Assembly (NCBI GenBank): GCA_046563655.1
Contig: CM102290.1
Coordinates: 13,826,001 to 13,890,000 of the forward strand
Reading direction: 5' to 3'
From: Yuukianura sp. NJ FZ-2021
Taxonomy: Eukaryota
Length of the DNA: 64,000 nucleotides
Position numbers and translations under genes: made by a program. This document shows, piece by piece, positions 10,777 through 23,528 of this stretch (positions are counted from its first letter, which is position 1; each line of letters begins with the position of its first letter). Below the pieces are notes generated by a model that made no database searches, was not told the origin of the DNA, and saw only the letters and a list, made by a program, of their open reading frames with translations.

Positions 10777-13050
10777 TCACACAGGATGGAATCGGAATCC
10801 TATTCTCAAACCCAAAAGGTTGTGCAGAATCTAAACCTAAAAAGAAGAAAGAGGGAGAGAGAAAGTTGAGAGATTTTGAGAGAAGACAGAGCGACAAAAT
10901 GATTGCATACAGTAGATTATTGAGCTTTAGGATAATAACTCATCACATCCCAGACGCCATGCAGTATTCTGCTCTTGCCTTTTTTCTAAACCCAGAATTA
11001 CTGTGAATCTGTCATTGTTTAATTCCTGGGCTTAACGAGGGAGGGGTGGGGGAGGGGGCGATGCCGTTGATGTTTTTAGGCAGAAACAAGTTTTTTGATT
11101 GATTCCAGCCTCGGCATCAAGAATTGGGAGCTCCTAGTATTATTTCCCCTGGCGTTGGTTACTCTTTTCATGGTCCTTATATGGGCATGACAAGATGATG
11201 AATTGAAGACGTTCGTCCACAGGACTAAGGTGGACATAGGCACTAATGAATGGACAAGTCGTTGTTCCCAATGACTTCTGCCTCTTTTGTCCCGTGATTC
11301 AAGGAACGAGATCCCAATTTTCATTTTAATCCAACATGGACAAGGGAATTGAAATCTTTGCAAACGATTTGAGGCTCTGATGGATTTCACTGATTCTGAA
11401 TCAGTCATTCTTGTTGTAGTAAAGCAAAAGGAGGAGAGCAGTGATTTAATCTTGTGGCAGGAAACATGTTCTATCTTCACCAGATTCAGAACACATCAAA
11501 TTCCAAAGTATTTCTAGAACTAGGGTTAGTTGTCCAATTGACTCATAATCTCATAGTCCTTGACTTTCTCCTCACTTTTGGCACAGGAAGGGCAAAAGTC
11601 TACGTGAACTTTCTCTAGAGATTGTGCAGATTATCCAGAGAAGGTTTTTGAGAGCAGAGAAAGTACGAGCATCATCAACCTCTCTCGAGTCTTGAATGAG
11701 CTGCACCATTAATAATGTTCTACAAAAACATGATCATCTACGACAATTTGAAAAGAAGGATTATAGGCATTAACTGACAAGCTCTTTTCCAAAAAAGGTC
11801 AAAGGTCACGCACCATTTTACGTTTCCAACATTTTTCTAATCCAGGTTGTCCAATAACTCGAAGTTTTAAAATTTGTTTGAAAGTAGCAAATCTGCCTTT
11901 CTATGGTAATTTTTTGCATGTAATCTAAATGGGATTGGTGCTAAAAGTTGTTTGAAGCAAGATTTTTGAAAACGCTGAGTTATTGGACAACCTGTTGTAG
12001 GAAATACAATTTGGTTGTCAAGGAACCTTGACATTTTGTTTCAAAATGTGTGAGAAGTGGCAATATTAACGTTGTTACTGTGACCTTACGAGTCAGCAGA
12101 AAAGGCTTCAAAGTGTTTAACGTCAAAATCAATTCTTGAGAAACAATAAAAATTTAAAGTACACTGTTCGTAAAAGATTTTTTGAAAATGTTGAAGTTTT
12201 TTGGAAGGACTAAGATGGATAATTTCCAGAACTAATTTTAAGTACAGCTTCTGAGGGATTTTTGACCAAAGTTGGAGAGGAGTTATGGATGGTTAGTTTC
12301 ATTTTGAAAATTTGAGAGATGGGATTTGAGCCTTTAATCCGTGCCTTGACATGGTCGTTCTTCTTGGCAGAGTCAGAAAGAGGCAGAATTGAGCAAGTAA
12401 TTGCTTTCGTTATTTGGAAACATATGGAACAAGAAACGAACGGAGAGAGGGAAGGAGCAAATTGAGTTTGTGTTCCAACGGGTTCTATCTGCGGTTCTTT
12501 GGGAATTGGTAGTTAAGGGCCCTGGGTTCACTTCTTCCTCAGAAATCACTTCTTCCCTGTACTGTAGGTTAAGCATTTGGAAAAGTCAGGGGTCCTAAAT
12601 GCTCCAAATCGTCTCACTTTCCTAGTCTCTCTTTCTTTTATTTATGGAACAAGGGGGAGATGAAAGGGCTTGGGAAGGAAGATCATTTTTCAAGAGTTCC
12701 CTTGGTGTTAATTGGGAATCTGTCAAAATGGAGAAAGGCTTTGACCCACCACCACCCAATGTCGATCTCTGACTCTACTCGTCCAACATTTAAGTGTCAA
12801 GTCCATGGCCATGGATTACCAAAGACTATTAACCAAACGAGAATGGACATGGAACTATGTAGCCTTTGAAATATAACTTTATTTTTGGATACTAAAAATA
12901 ATCCACAACCCTCCCCTCCCCCTCAGTTAAGAATAAATCTACCCCCCCCCCCAATATAGTTTGTATGAGATTTTAACAGGAAGAGGAGAAAGTTCTCTTT
13001 TTTCTCGGAGAAAGTTCAAGTTTCACCTCGAAATAGATGTTATACGTAGC

Positions 13051-13264
13051 CAAGGTTGATAAACAAAGGATACCTTTTCATTAACAGGTTAGGCAATAAC
13101 TCGAGTTCTGCAGTTTTTGAGCAAATTTTTCGAAAATGAATTATTTTTTCACCAAAAAACAAAATAAACAAAACTGGTTCCATTTTTTGTTTTTGATTTT
13201 TCTTAAAGATTGAGTTATAGCCTAACCTGTTAAAGAAAAACTATCTCGTTGTCAAGACACCTTG
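13051..13264. mobile_element. MITE family B
   Basis: CAAGGTTG...TTAACAGGTTAGGC ... GCCTAACCTGTTAAAGAAAA...ACCTTG; degenerate 8-bp duplication TACGTAGC/TACATAGT. Confidence 0.8.
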
Positions 13265-16176
13265 TACATAGTAGAATTGAGCTATTTCGTTTCCAACTCT
13301 TACACCCACTTCCTCTAGTGTTATAAAAAGCATCAAAATTTAAAAAAAAGTTGTGGAGACAATTGAAGTTGCAGTTTTCTGAGCGTTAAGATCCCCTCTG
13401 AGGTCAAACTCCTCCGTGTAAATTGTTCCAAAACATTCAAAAAGTTCGTAAACTGTCAAGAAAGAGTTTGCATGACTGTTGGTTTTCCAAATTGTGACAA
13501 GATTGAAACAAAGTTTTGTGGTGGAGGGGGGAGGGGGAGTGATGAGTCCATGAATTGTTATTCAGAAGACACCCTCTCCTTGTTTCAGACTAATGATGAG
13601 TGATGACTGGATCTTAAGAGCCAAGAGGCTTCGTCTCTCCTTTAATAACCAAGATCCCCTCCCTCTCCACCACTTTACGTTATTCAACAATCAAAGGACC
13701 TTAAATTTAGGCATTTCCACTGTGTGACTCTGGGTGCCCTTAAGTCCTTCGGCTGCAGGATGACGACAAGGGCTTAAGTGGCAGGACTTCTCGGAAATTG
13801 CCAGTCATTAGTCTCTGCTTGGAATGTTTGTCACTTAAACGATGGAGGCAAAGGCCTCTCATCCTCCCGTTACACATCTCTGAACAGACGCTCTTCTGCC
13901 ACAAACAGAACCAACTTACACAAAAACTTCCAAAAAGTTACAAAACTTCTACTAGTGTTCTCAAAACTTTAAAAGTTTTGAGTTAAAAACCATAAAATTA
14001 ACACAAAAACAAAGACTTGTGCTTTTAGTCTTGGACAAATTAAAATGACCGACCACTTTTAGTATAACGTGATAAACTGACTGAATTTCTCAAATTTTTC
14101 AACTTTAGTGTCTAAATTTTAACGTCTAAAAAGTGTCTAAATTTTGAACCAAACTTTGAAAAAAACAATGAGAGAGAAGATTTTATTTTCTCCGACAATG
14201 AATTTTCAATCGTTCAATCATATCGAGCATGGCTTTTTTTTTCCCCTTTTTTTTTTATACTTTTTTTGAATTTCGAAACCACAAACGACAAAAATTGTTT
14301 CCTCAACATCAAATTTTTGCTGGCTAAAAGTGAGAACTTTCACTATTGGATTTTTTTGAACGAAAAATTTAAAAGTTGTGACGCCTGGAAGTAGTTTTAG
14401 ACAAAAAGTAGGAGACGCATCACATTAATGGCACTAAAGTGTGGGAAATGTCTAGAGATTGGTGATGTTGAATGTTCCCTGTGCTCTCCGTGTTATTTTA
14501 TTGAACTTAATGGAAATTCGGATTGCATCTGAGAAATTAAAATTTTTATCTTTATTTACTCCTCTTTTGAAACGAAAGACTTAAAGACAAAGTCGTCACA
14601 AACAGAGTCTTTATCCACGTCTCCATCATTTGGTTGGCAATAAAACGAGTTTTATTTTGTAAAAAATAAGCAACATTTTGAACTTGAGGGATCGTTTTAT
14701 GAGTAAAATTTAAAGGTTGAACTCAAATAATGATCGGGCTTGAATAATTTTGTTAACTTCAACTTTATTTATGCCAGTCAAGCCTCTCGTGCGCTTTTTT
14801 TTTTCAGTTTCAAAGTTCGTTTTCGATAAAAATAAAAATTGAAAACAAACAAAAGAAAACAAAAATTGAAAGTTTGTGACGCTCATGAGTAGGTATTAAA
14901 AATTGGTTTGTTTAAATCTTAAAACCGCTTTTCACACCTTAAAATGCAGAAAAAGCTGAAAAATAGGCAAGAATTTTTTTGAAAGTTCGAACCGGACTTT
15001 GAAATTTTTCGACCTCGAAAAAACATTTTTGATGAATTCCTTCATTATTTTTTATTCTGTTATAATGAGGCAAAAATTTTTTGACTTCGCTCCCTAAACA
15101 CAAACGAGTAAAAGCACATTGTCAATGATCGCTCAGCGCCCCATTAAGTTCCCTGGCGGAATTGTAGGTGGTGGGGCAGCGAAGGTGGGGCAGCGGTGGG
15201 GCCGAGGCACAGAGCCAATCTCTCTGACTTCATAAACCTCATCAAGATCTCCTTTTCAACCAGCCATAAGATCCCCTCCTGATTAATGACTTCTGACTCT
15301 CTCAAATGTCTCAGAGACTCTAAGCTCCTCTAACGACCTCCAATTCTCACAACTACGGAAAACGACTTTCTCCCATCGAAACTCAAATTGTACTTCAAAA
15401 AAGAAAAAAAACTTCTCAAAATCGCTTGTTTTCTTAACATTTTGAAAAAGAAAACGCCTCAGGCCTTTTCTTTAGCTGAGCACAATCATTTAAAGCTCGT
15501 CTGCCATTTGTGAGGTTTGGAGGGAAGTGTGGTTAGTCAGCAGAAGAAATTGTGGAAAGTTGTGCAATTGAGTTAGGCCGATTTGGGATAATGGGCCAAA
15601 CTCATTCAAAGCCCACTTTGTCATGTTCTTCGTTCCGAGTTTTGTGAGGAGTTAAAGACCAAATCCCATCTAGATATTAATTCCCAGCCATTTCATCCTA
15701 ATCATCCACACGCATCCACGTCCTCCGCCCACCACTCTGCTACGCTCCGAAGATGACTCTTAGGCCAGCCAGTCGCTTTAGCCAGCGACATATTTGAGCC
15801 TATGCGTTTAGCCTCCCTCGGAGACTGGCAGCCAAGCCAGACGCTCTAGGGAAATTTGAATAAACGTGACAGAGTCATTTACTTTGAGCCTAACAATGGA
15901 TTAGCAACTCCTCTTAAGGTCCTTTTGTGTGTCAGCCTCCACTCTGCATGAGATTGCAAAAGGAAACTAGGGTGACATCAACACATTTTTACCAGGTTCA
16001 CTCAAGGCCACTTTCGAAATCCGCCCTTGTAAGAAAAAAGTAGCTTTCGCTACTTAATAAACGACCAAATCAGAATATTTTACTAAAAGGCTAAACACTT
16101 TCTCTCAACCTGCGTGGAACTGACAAATTACGCAATTCAGTAAAAGGGGTTTCAGAATTAACTCAAATAAACAATT

Positions 16177-16476
16177 TTATTAAGCAGCGAAAGCTACTTT
16201 ATGCATTTAGCTTGTCTGTCTGTCTGTCTGTCTCCGGCTGTCAGCGGCAATTATTTTGGAAACACCGCAGAATCCTTTTTTAATCATTGGCACGTTAACT
16301 GAATACTATCCAGGCAGGTCACCTCCTTCTGGGTCAAAGGTCAAGGTCAACTTTTTAGCGGTGCGGGAAACAGTTGACCTTAACGACGCTAACTTTGACC
16401 CACCGCAGTATTCTAGGTCAAAGGTCAACGTATCTTTCGCTACTTAAGTACAACCGGTTTACAACCATTTTATTTT
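16177..16476 (+). mobile_element. Non-autonomous Helentron/HINE element
   Basis: Same architecture as 898-1240 (AAGCAGCGAAAGCTACT, (TGTC)n, GGTCAAAGGTCAAGGTCA, CTTTCGCTACTT). An oppositely oriented 5' end sits at 16039-16061. Confidence 0.72.
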
Positions 16477-17280
16477 GAATTATAAACGATGATGGTGAAT
16501 TCATTGCTTTTCTACCATTCCTTCTACTTTAGTGCTCATCATCCTCTTCATTCATTTTTAATGAGAATGGAGAAAGTTTTGAGTAGACTAAATTTTGAAT
16601 GTTTTAGTGGAAGATGAATCTCCTCATGCAGTTCCATCGATTTCAGCTTACAGATGAAGAACCACTGACGCAGAGATGCAGATTGTACTTTTGGATTCCA
16701 GTCGTACCTTTTAAAGCTAAAGTAAGACTAGATGTGTCTGTTATTCGGAAACGGGTGAAAGTGAAAGTGGTGGGATTATGAGAAAGTGAGGGAAACTGCT
16801 CCGAGGAAAGTAACCTCTGACTCCTGACTTTCCAAATGAGTTATGACACTTTCTGTGACTTGTGGCTCTCAACCCCGCACCCATTCAAAAACGTCCCCAT
16901 CCCGAAGCTTAGCTCTCCCTCTTAATTATTTTGATTAATTGAGAATGTCAACCTTACTCTCTCTCTCGCTTAAAACCAACACCACTTCCAGAGATTGAAC
17001 TCAAGTCTGTGCCCAAGTATTACTTTTCAAAGTCCGTGACATAGGTTGCACAAGAGAGGTTTCAGATAAGTTTCAAGTTGGGAGGAGGGGATTAGTTTCT
17101 TGTTACATGAGAGTCTGCAAGTGTTTTGGAAACGAGACGGCGGGAGTAACTAATTGATTTGAGTATTGAAATAGCCGTTGGAAGTAGAGGGCGCCTGAAT
17201 AGGTGAGCGTTGTATGAAGAAAGTGAAAGTTATTGATTAATTGCGCCAGAGAAGAAGGAGGCTGGTGAGATTGTATAAAG

Positions 17281-17587
17281 TAAAACCGAATGTAAGTAAG
17301 TAGCGAAAGAGCTGTTGACCTTTGACCTAGTAGACGATGGAGAGCTGCATAGCACAGTGAAGCAGTGCACTGTACAATACTACTGTAAAACTGTTAGATA
17401 AAAAAGTTGACCTTTGACCCGGCACGAGGTGACCCACTGCGATGCTACTCAACAGGAAACATACGATTTGTTGAAATTTGAAAAAAAGCAGTTTCAGAAA
17501 TGTTGAGTCGTTTGCGAGATAATTGCCTTAGGACTCGTCAGACGGACAGACAAGGCGATGCATAAAGTAGCTTTCGCTTCTTAGTAA
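17281..17587 (-). mobile_element. Non-autonomous Helentron/HINE element
   Basis: Reverse-oriented copy: AAGTAGCGAAAG...TTGACCTTTGACC...GACGGACAGACA...AAAGTAGCTTTCGCTTCTTAGTAA. Confidence 0.7.
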
Positions 17588-18279
17588 TGAAAGTTTTGTT
17601 TTTCATTTGGATGGAGGCTTTGGGACTTTGGATGCGAAAGCTATTAGGTTAGCATTTGAAGGATTTCACCTCCCCCAATGTCCTGGGGAAATGAGCTCCG
17701 AAGTTTCTTCTTTGTAAAAGGTTCCAAGTGAGTCTGAGTTGGCATTGTTGAGATGCTGGGAGAAAGTGAAGTGCGGGATGAAGTCTGTTTAAGTTAGGTG
17801 GATAGCTGGAAGTAGGTGGAATGGAATGGTGAAAGTGTTTAGCATCGTTTGACTAGGAAGTGTAGTGCGGGTAGTGGAGGGAATGATGATGAAGAGGGCC
17901 TAGGATGATGGGCGCAGAGAAGCGGAAGGCAGAGTATTGATTTAGTGCAGACAACAGCTAGCAAATTGAAAACGATTAGAGAAACAAGGGTTCCCCCTTT
18001 GCCCAAGTCCCATGCAATCTACGCTCTCCCTAATGAAACCATCCACAACCAAACTTTCTCCGGCACAGGGATCCTCCCAAGCTCAAACGCTGTCTATCCT
18101 TTCTAGTTCCATCCAAAAAGGACTGCAGGGGAAACAAGAATAAAAGTAAAAGCAGAGAAACCTCCTCTACCAGCACCGATTTCATTACATATCAAAATTC
18201 AACAGCATCACAAAATGTTCAGTCAAAACGTGACTACCACATTTTGATTTTTACAACTCAGCATTGCATGTCCTAACTA

Positions 18280-18469
18280 CAGTAGACCCTCTCAAATTGC
18301 ACCTTTTTTTTCGGCGGGACAACGTAAAACTAAGTTTCTGGAGGAAGCTAAACTTTAAACAACTGAACTGTGGTCCAATACACTTACTGCCATGTACTCA
18401 GGAAGTTTATAGCAGGCGCCAATCAAACCAACCAATCACAAATGAGTTCCAATTTGAGAGGATTTACTG
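18280..18469. mobile_element. MITE family A
   Basis: TA|CAGTAGACCCTCTCAAATTG ... CAATTTGAGAGGATTTACTG|TA. Confidence 0.85.
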
Positions 18470-19262
18470 TAATTTAATTTAAAATGTGCCAAAAATGTTG
18501 CTTTTGCAAATCAAAAACGAAAAAATTTGACTCCAAGGTTTGCAGTAAATTTATACGACTAATTTGGTATAAAACAGAAGTACAGAAAGGTTTGAGCAAC
18601 ATTTTAAAAAATGCTACAAATGTCTTTTTTGAAGTTTTAAAAGAAACAAATAACAAAGCTTTTTTTTGAAGTTTAGTAGTTGAATTCGGATCTTTTCGTT
18701 GTGAAAGATTGAAAACAGTGGAAAGCACAAGGAAATAATTCATTTCCTATTGGAATAAATGGAAGCTATAACAGTTGTATGCTCCATTTCCATTCCGTCT
18801 CCCAAGCTTAATGGAACATCAACATCTTCCCTCTCCTTTTGAATCTCATTATCCAAAAAGCGTATTTCAATTTCAAAGAAGAGACTTTCACAACAGTTCA
18901 ATCTACAACCAAGGTGAAAGTCACATCCAAAAGCCCTCCAATCCAAGCCTTTTTTTCTAATTTTCATACTACTCATGGCACTCCAGTTAGGCAACTAATT
19001 CTCCAAGCACAACCAGTTTTTATTTACAAAGTCAAAATATTGGGGGAATGGAAATTTTTATGAATTTCTTTTTGAAATAGTTGGATAAAGTCTTTTCTAC
19101 GCTAAAAATACTAAAAACTGACAACACTTAAAAAAATGTAGTAAATAGGCAGTACTTTCTGTAGTTTTTGGTAAGCGTGTTTGTGTTGAACAACGAATTA
19201 ACTTAAAAGCAGGGAGTTGAGAGAAATGGAGAAAGTACTACTGGATAAAGTTTAGGACCTCC

Positions 19263-19293
19263 GGCGCCATCTAGTGGCAGAACTTGGTACTGC
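19263..19293 (-). promoter_or_regulatory. CTCF-type insulator site (core plus upstream module)
   Basis: Minus strand reads GCAGTACC-aagttctg-CCACTAGATGGCGCC, matching the CTCF core consensus preceded by a GCAGT-type upstream motif. Confidence 0.65.
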
Positions 19294-19816
19294 TGTAGAA
19301 TATTTTGGAATTGCACAAAAGAATGTCGGTTTTGTTGAGTTTGTAAGGCGGCAGATGACACGAACTGGGATTCAAAACTCCCGCTCCCTTCGCTTTGAAC
19401 AAATGTGTCCGAGCTTAAGGATTTACTTTCCCCAGTTCATCTAGGTATTTCACCTGAGTTATCAGAAATTACGAAAATTTGAGTTGGAATTTGAAGAAAA
19501 TTTCGGAAAATTGGAAACTATAGTTACTGAAACTTCGCAATAATGCAAATGTGATAACAGTATTTGCGATTTAAGTAATGTTTGGGTTTCCAGTCAACTT
19601 TCTCTGCCCTTACTGCGTGTCATCAACTTACGAGTTACGTTATAAAATTTATGCAACAATGCAAAGGTAAAAGTTAAATTCTGTTCTGGCCATTGCTATC
19701 TATGTATCTACAAAAAATATAGGATTCTAACTTCCTTTAAATTAGTTGCTGTCTTTTAACCGGCGTACAGTAGTCTACAACTTTCAAAGTTCAGGTTGAA
19801 GCATTGGAATTGCCGG

Positions 19817-19877
19817 CTTTTGAAATTGTCGACTTTTGAAATTGTCTGCTTTTGAATTGTTGCCTATTGAAGTGTCG
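19817..19877. repeat. Tandem repeat, about 4 x 15-16 bp
   Basis: Unit CTTTTGAAATTGTCGA with variants. Confidence 0.7.
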
Positions 19878-21163
19878 CATATGATCGCTACTCTAAAAAT
19901 TATTTCAGTTAAATCAATTCGACAATTTTTTATTTTAAATAAATTTAGTTGAACTTTTCAACCGTCCTTTTTTTCTTCCAAAACCAGTTGAATGGCTAGC
20001 GTAGAAGTTGAATTTTTAGAATCTCCGTTTAGTTTCATTGTGGTTGTGGAATTGTGCGTGAAATGAGGGCTATTTAGTGTAAGAGGAATGACATTGCTCT
20101 TCCTCCGCCATTTGTCCATCGTCTTCAATGGATCCGAAAGAAGCGTTGTCCTGTGAAATTGGTCTTTTGACCCCAATGACACATCTTCCAAGTCACACAA
20201 TGCACAAGTCAAAGTCGCATCTTTTGGCTTGTGCTCATCTGAGATCCAAAAATGGGATTTACACGCTAAACCAGTATAATGACACTAAAAATCTTTTCAT
20301 ACACAGCACACTGTGCACTTCAGCTGCTCATTTTCCCATTCTCACACAACACAAAAGGCACAAAAAGTAATATAAATTAAATGAAGCCTAAATAGGCACA
20401 GCTATTACGGTACAAACTCATTTCAAAAATTGACTTGGAAATTTTTTGAAAAGGCTCTCCTCTAAGAAATTGAATTTGGAAGTGTTCAAAATATACAAAT
20501 GTATTTGAAATTTCAATTGAATTTGGTTGTGTAGACTAAAAAACGAAAAACTCGTTTGAATTGTAATTTAATCAATTGAAGCGTGATTGAACCAACATTT
20601 TTCTTTTTCGTTTTTTGTAACTTCCGCCTAAGGGGTCCTTTGTAAATTGTACGAAGGGTCCTCCTTAGTGTATTTCCATAGGTGATGCGGAATGTTAAGG
20701 GTACAGGACAAAGTGAAGGGTCCCCTCTATAAGATATGATACTTTCTTTTGACAGAAATTGAAAGCGTGTCAATTGATTGGATGTTTTTAGAATTTACTG
20801 AGCCAGAAAGTTGGTGTATTGTGTGGAAGTCGCTAAATGCTCAAGGATCCCTTCATCCTTCTCAAATTTCCCTCCCTTTCAATCTTTCAATTCAAAGTCA
20901 CCACGGTCCTGGCAGGAGCTCATTCAAAAGATGAAGCGCGGGCTTTTCAACTCCTGCCCTTGCCCTCCATTTCACTTCTCTTTTCAATGTCACTCTGAGA
21001 GAAAAGTCACACAAGGAAATTTAGGCGTAAAACCAGTAGCAGATGCAACTTTCATGTGTACGTTGTCCAATTACAAAAAAAAATACATTAGAAAAATATA
21101 TTTACTGTAACTGGTTTACAAATTTCAATTTTTAACCGAGTTTTCTCACCACTAATTTCAGTA

Positions 21164-21548
21164 CAGCAAAGCCTGTCTTATAGCAACATTCTCCGATACG
21201 GTAAAGTTTCTGATTAGAAGCATCCATAGTTTGTACAGTTGATTTTTTAAGTTAATTCCTCCAAAAACTTTGGTTTAACAGCGTGGCTGAATATCCACTT
21301 TTTTTAACACTTTTTCTACTGGATAAATGGATAAATCAGGATGAAATCCAGGCCACAAATGGATACATCCGGGGGAAATCCAGCTTCGGATGGACGAAAT
21401 TCAGTTTCGTCCGGAAGAAACCAATAAAATCCGGATATATCCACCGTTTTCGAGAAGGAGTGGAAGAAATATTTTATCAATTCAGCAACACTTTGTTTTA
21501 CAGTGATTCGCCAAGAAAAAAAAAGTTGGTATAAGAGAGGTTTTACTG
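21164..21548. mobile_element. MITE related to family A, with a nested hAT-type MITE (21279-21493)
   Basis: TA|CAGCAAAGCCTGTCTTATA ... TATAAGAGAGGTTTTACTG|TA. Internal GGAT/ATCC-rich element homologous to 31777-31968. Confidence 0.7.
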
Positions 21549-23211
21549 TAACTTGTAAAAACGTAATTTTGTGGTCGTTTTTTTTTTCTAGAAATTGTCT
21601 TTATTCTTGACATGCGTGGTGTAGTTACGTAATGACACGATTATGTAATTGTTGGGGTGGGAGAATGGTTTCTACGGAAGCATTTATTGACTTCCTAAAC
21701 GACATTCTGATAATTTCCATGACACTAAAGAGGCGGCGGTTGGATTTGAAGTGAGTTGAGTCGTAGAGAGATAAGCCTAATTGCAGAATTGGAGCGTCGT
21801 TGGCCGGAGTAGTTTTTGGTGATGATGTGGTTTGATCTCCATAACGACGTTTGTGGTATAAGGCTAAATGACCTGTTTGCATCTCTTTAATCCCGAATAT
21901 CCAATTTCATTCTTCCTCTCTTACCCCTTCCAAATAGGGACTTAAGGCTCCTTTGTTCACTCTGATTCCAAATCCCTGCTTTTTAGAAAGGCTACACGAC
22001 GACTAAAAAAAGTATTGGTGTCCATTACTTACAAATGCTCTCGTCCTAACCAAATTACACTTTGTAGTACACTTGGGTAAGATAAACGATACGACAGATT
22101 TAACATAATGGACAGAGCACACGTCTTCTACATCCGAAATTGATACAGTTTCAGATCCAAGTGCCAAATTTTTAGACTCAAATCGACGTTTTAGACTCAA
22201 ATGCAACAGAGAGGGAGAGAAAGTAATCGTATTCAGAAGAATTTACACGATTTGACAATAAAACCTGACTTATTGCCTTACCTGTTAAAGAAAAAACTAT
22301 TTTCTTGTTTACAAACCTTGTATTTCGCTACGATACGTTTTTCCGAACTGCGGAAAAATACAAAAGAAGAAAATATTTGAGGGGTAATTATTTCTTTTAT
22401 TTTTGAAATGGTGCGAGATATATGCCGGGAAATAGGGTAATGACTTTGCCATGTCCACTGCGTAAGAAATGGTTTGTGCTTCTTGTGTTGTGTAGTTGCG
22501 ACTAATGATGGTTCTATTGAAAACTGGTCTGTTGGGCAGTAGAGGATAATGACAGAATGTGATCCTTGGTCGTGAGTCCTTTGCATCTCCGTTACCATTA
22601 TTATTCTGATTATCATTTAGAAATACAAAGGGCTCCTAAATGATTCAGTTAAAAAGGAGACAAGGAGCGCAGCTTCATTATTACCACTCCCATGACTCGT
22701 AACTTCAATTTATTGGCATCCATCATCATCAAGGAATTGCAGCCTAATTCATAAAACACCAATTGTTACACTCGTGTATGTCGTAGAACTAGGCTAAAGT
22801 GAGGAATTGCTGTAATTAAAGTACAGTATGGGCAGTATGTCCTGGGCGGAGCTGAGTCCACCACTTAACTCAGTTCATAATAAATCAAGTCTTTTCAATT
22901 ACGAAAACCAACGAGTAATTATTTTGCCACATGAGGACTCACCCATCACTACGCTTCATCAGCAGGTTTTAGCTCTGGATCAAGCATCTGCTCACAATTT
23001 TTTTTAAATACTAAAAAACAGTTTTAAATTTTGAAAAAAAAATTGTACATAATGCACTCGTAGAATTACCATTTTGTCACCGCATTAACTTTTTAAACGA
23101 CGCCAATTTTATAGTCATAATGACAACAAAGGTTTGCAGTAGATTTGGCTTCCGGAAGTTTTTGATGCCACTTGACCAAAAACGTTTCCATTTTGTGAGA
23201 AGACTTCGAAG

Positions 23212-23528
23212 AGGTCCATGTCAGTTTGCCGAATGAATTTCTCCGAAACGCATTTCTTCGAAAAAATTACTGCGGAACGATTTAATCCGAAAGTCGAAAT
23301 ACTCCGAAAAGGAAGACAACAAATCCTAACCTTGATGATTTCGAGGTTAATCTACTAGGGTTGTTTACCCAAACGAAACCTAACGTTAATAGTTTCCTTA
23401 ACCTAACATAATTTCACTTTAAAATATAATTTCGGAGTAATTTACCTCTCGGAGTAGATCGTTTGGCATTAGTTCATTCGGAGTAATGCGTTTCGGAGAA
23501 ATTCTTTCTGCAAAATGGGGTGCTACCA
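23212..23528. mobile_element. Foldback-type MITE with repeated TCCGAA/TTCGGA subterminal units and a TAACCT-rich centre
   Basis: Left GAATTTCTCCGAAACGCATT...ACTCCGAA pairs with right TTCGGAGT...AATGCGTTTCGGAGAAATTC. Boundaries approximate. Confidence 0.65.

Noticed and set aside
21625..21882. 85-aa ATG-initiated minus-strand ORF
   Set aside because: No recognisable motif or convincing gene structure; length is within chance.
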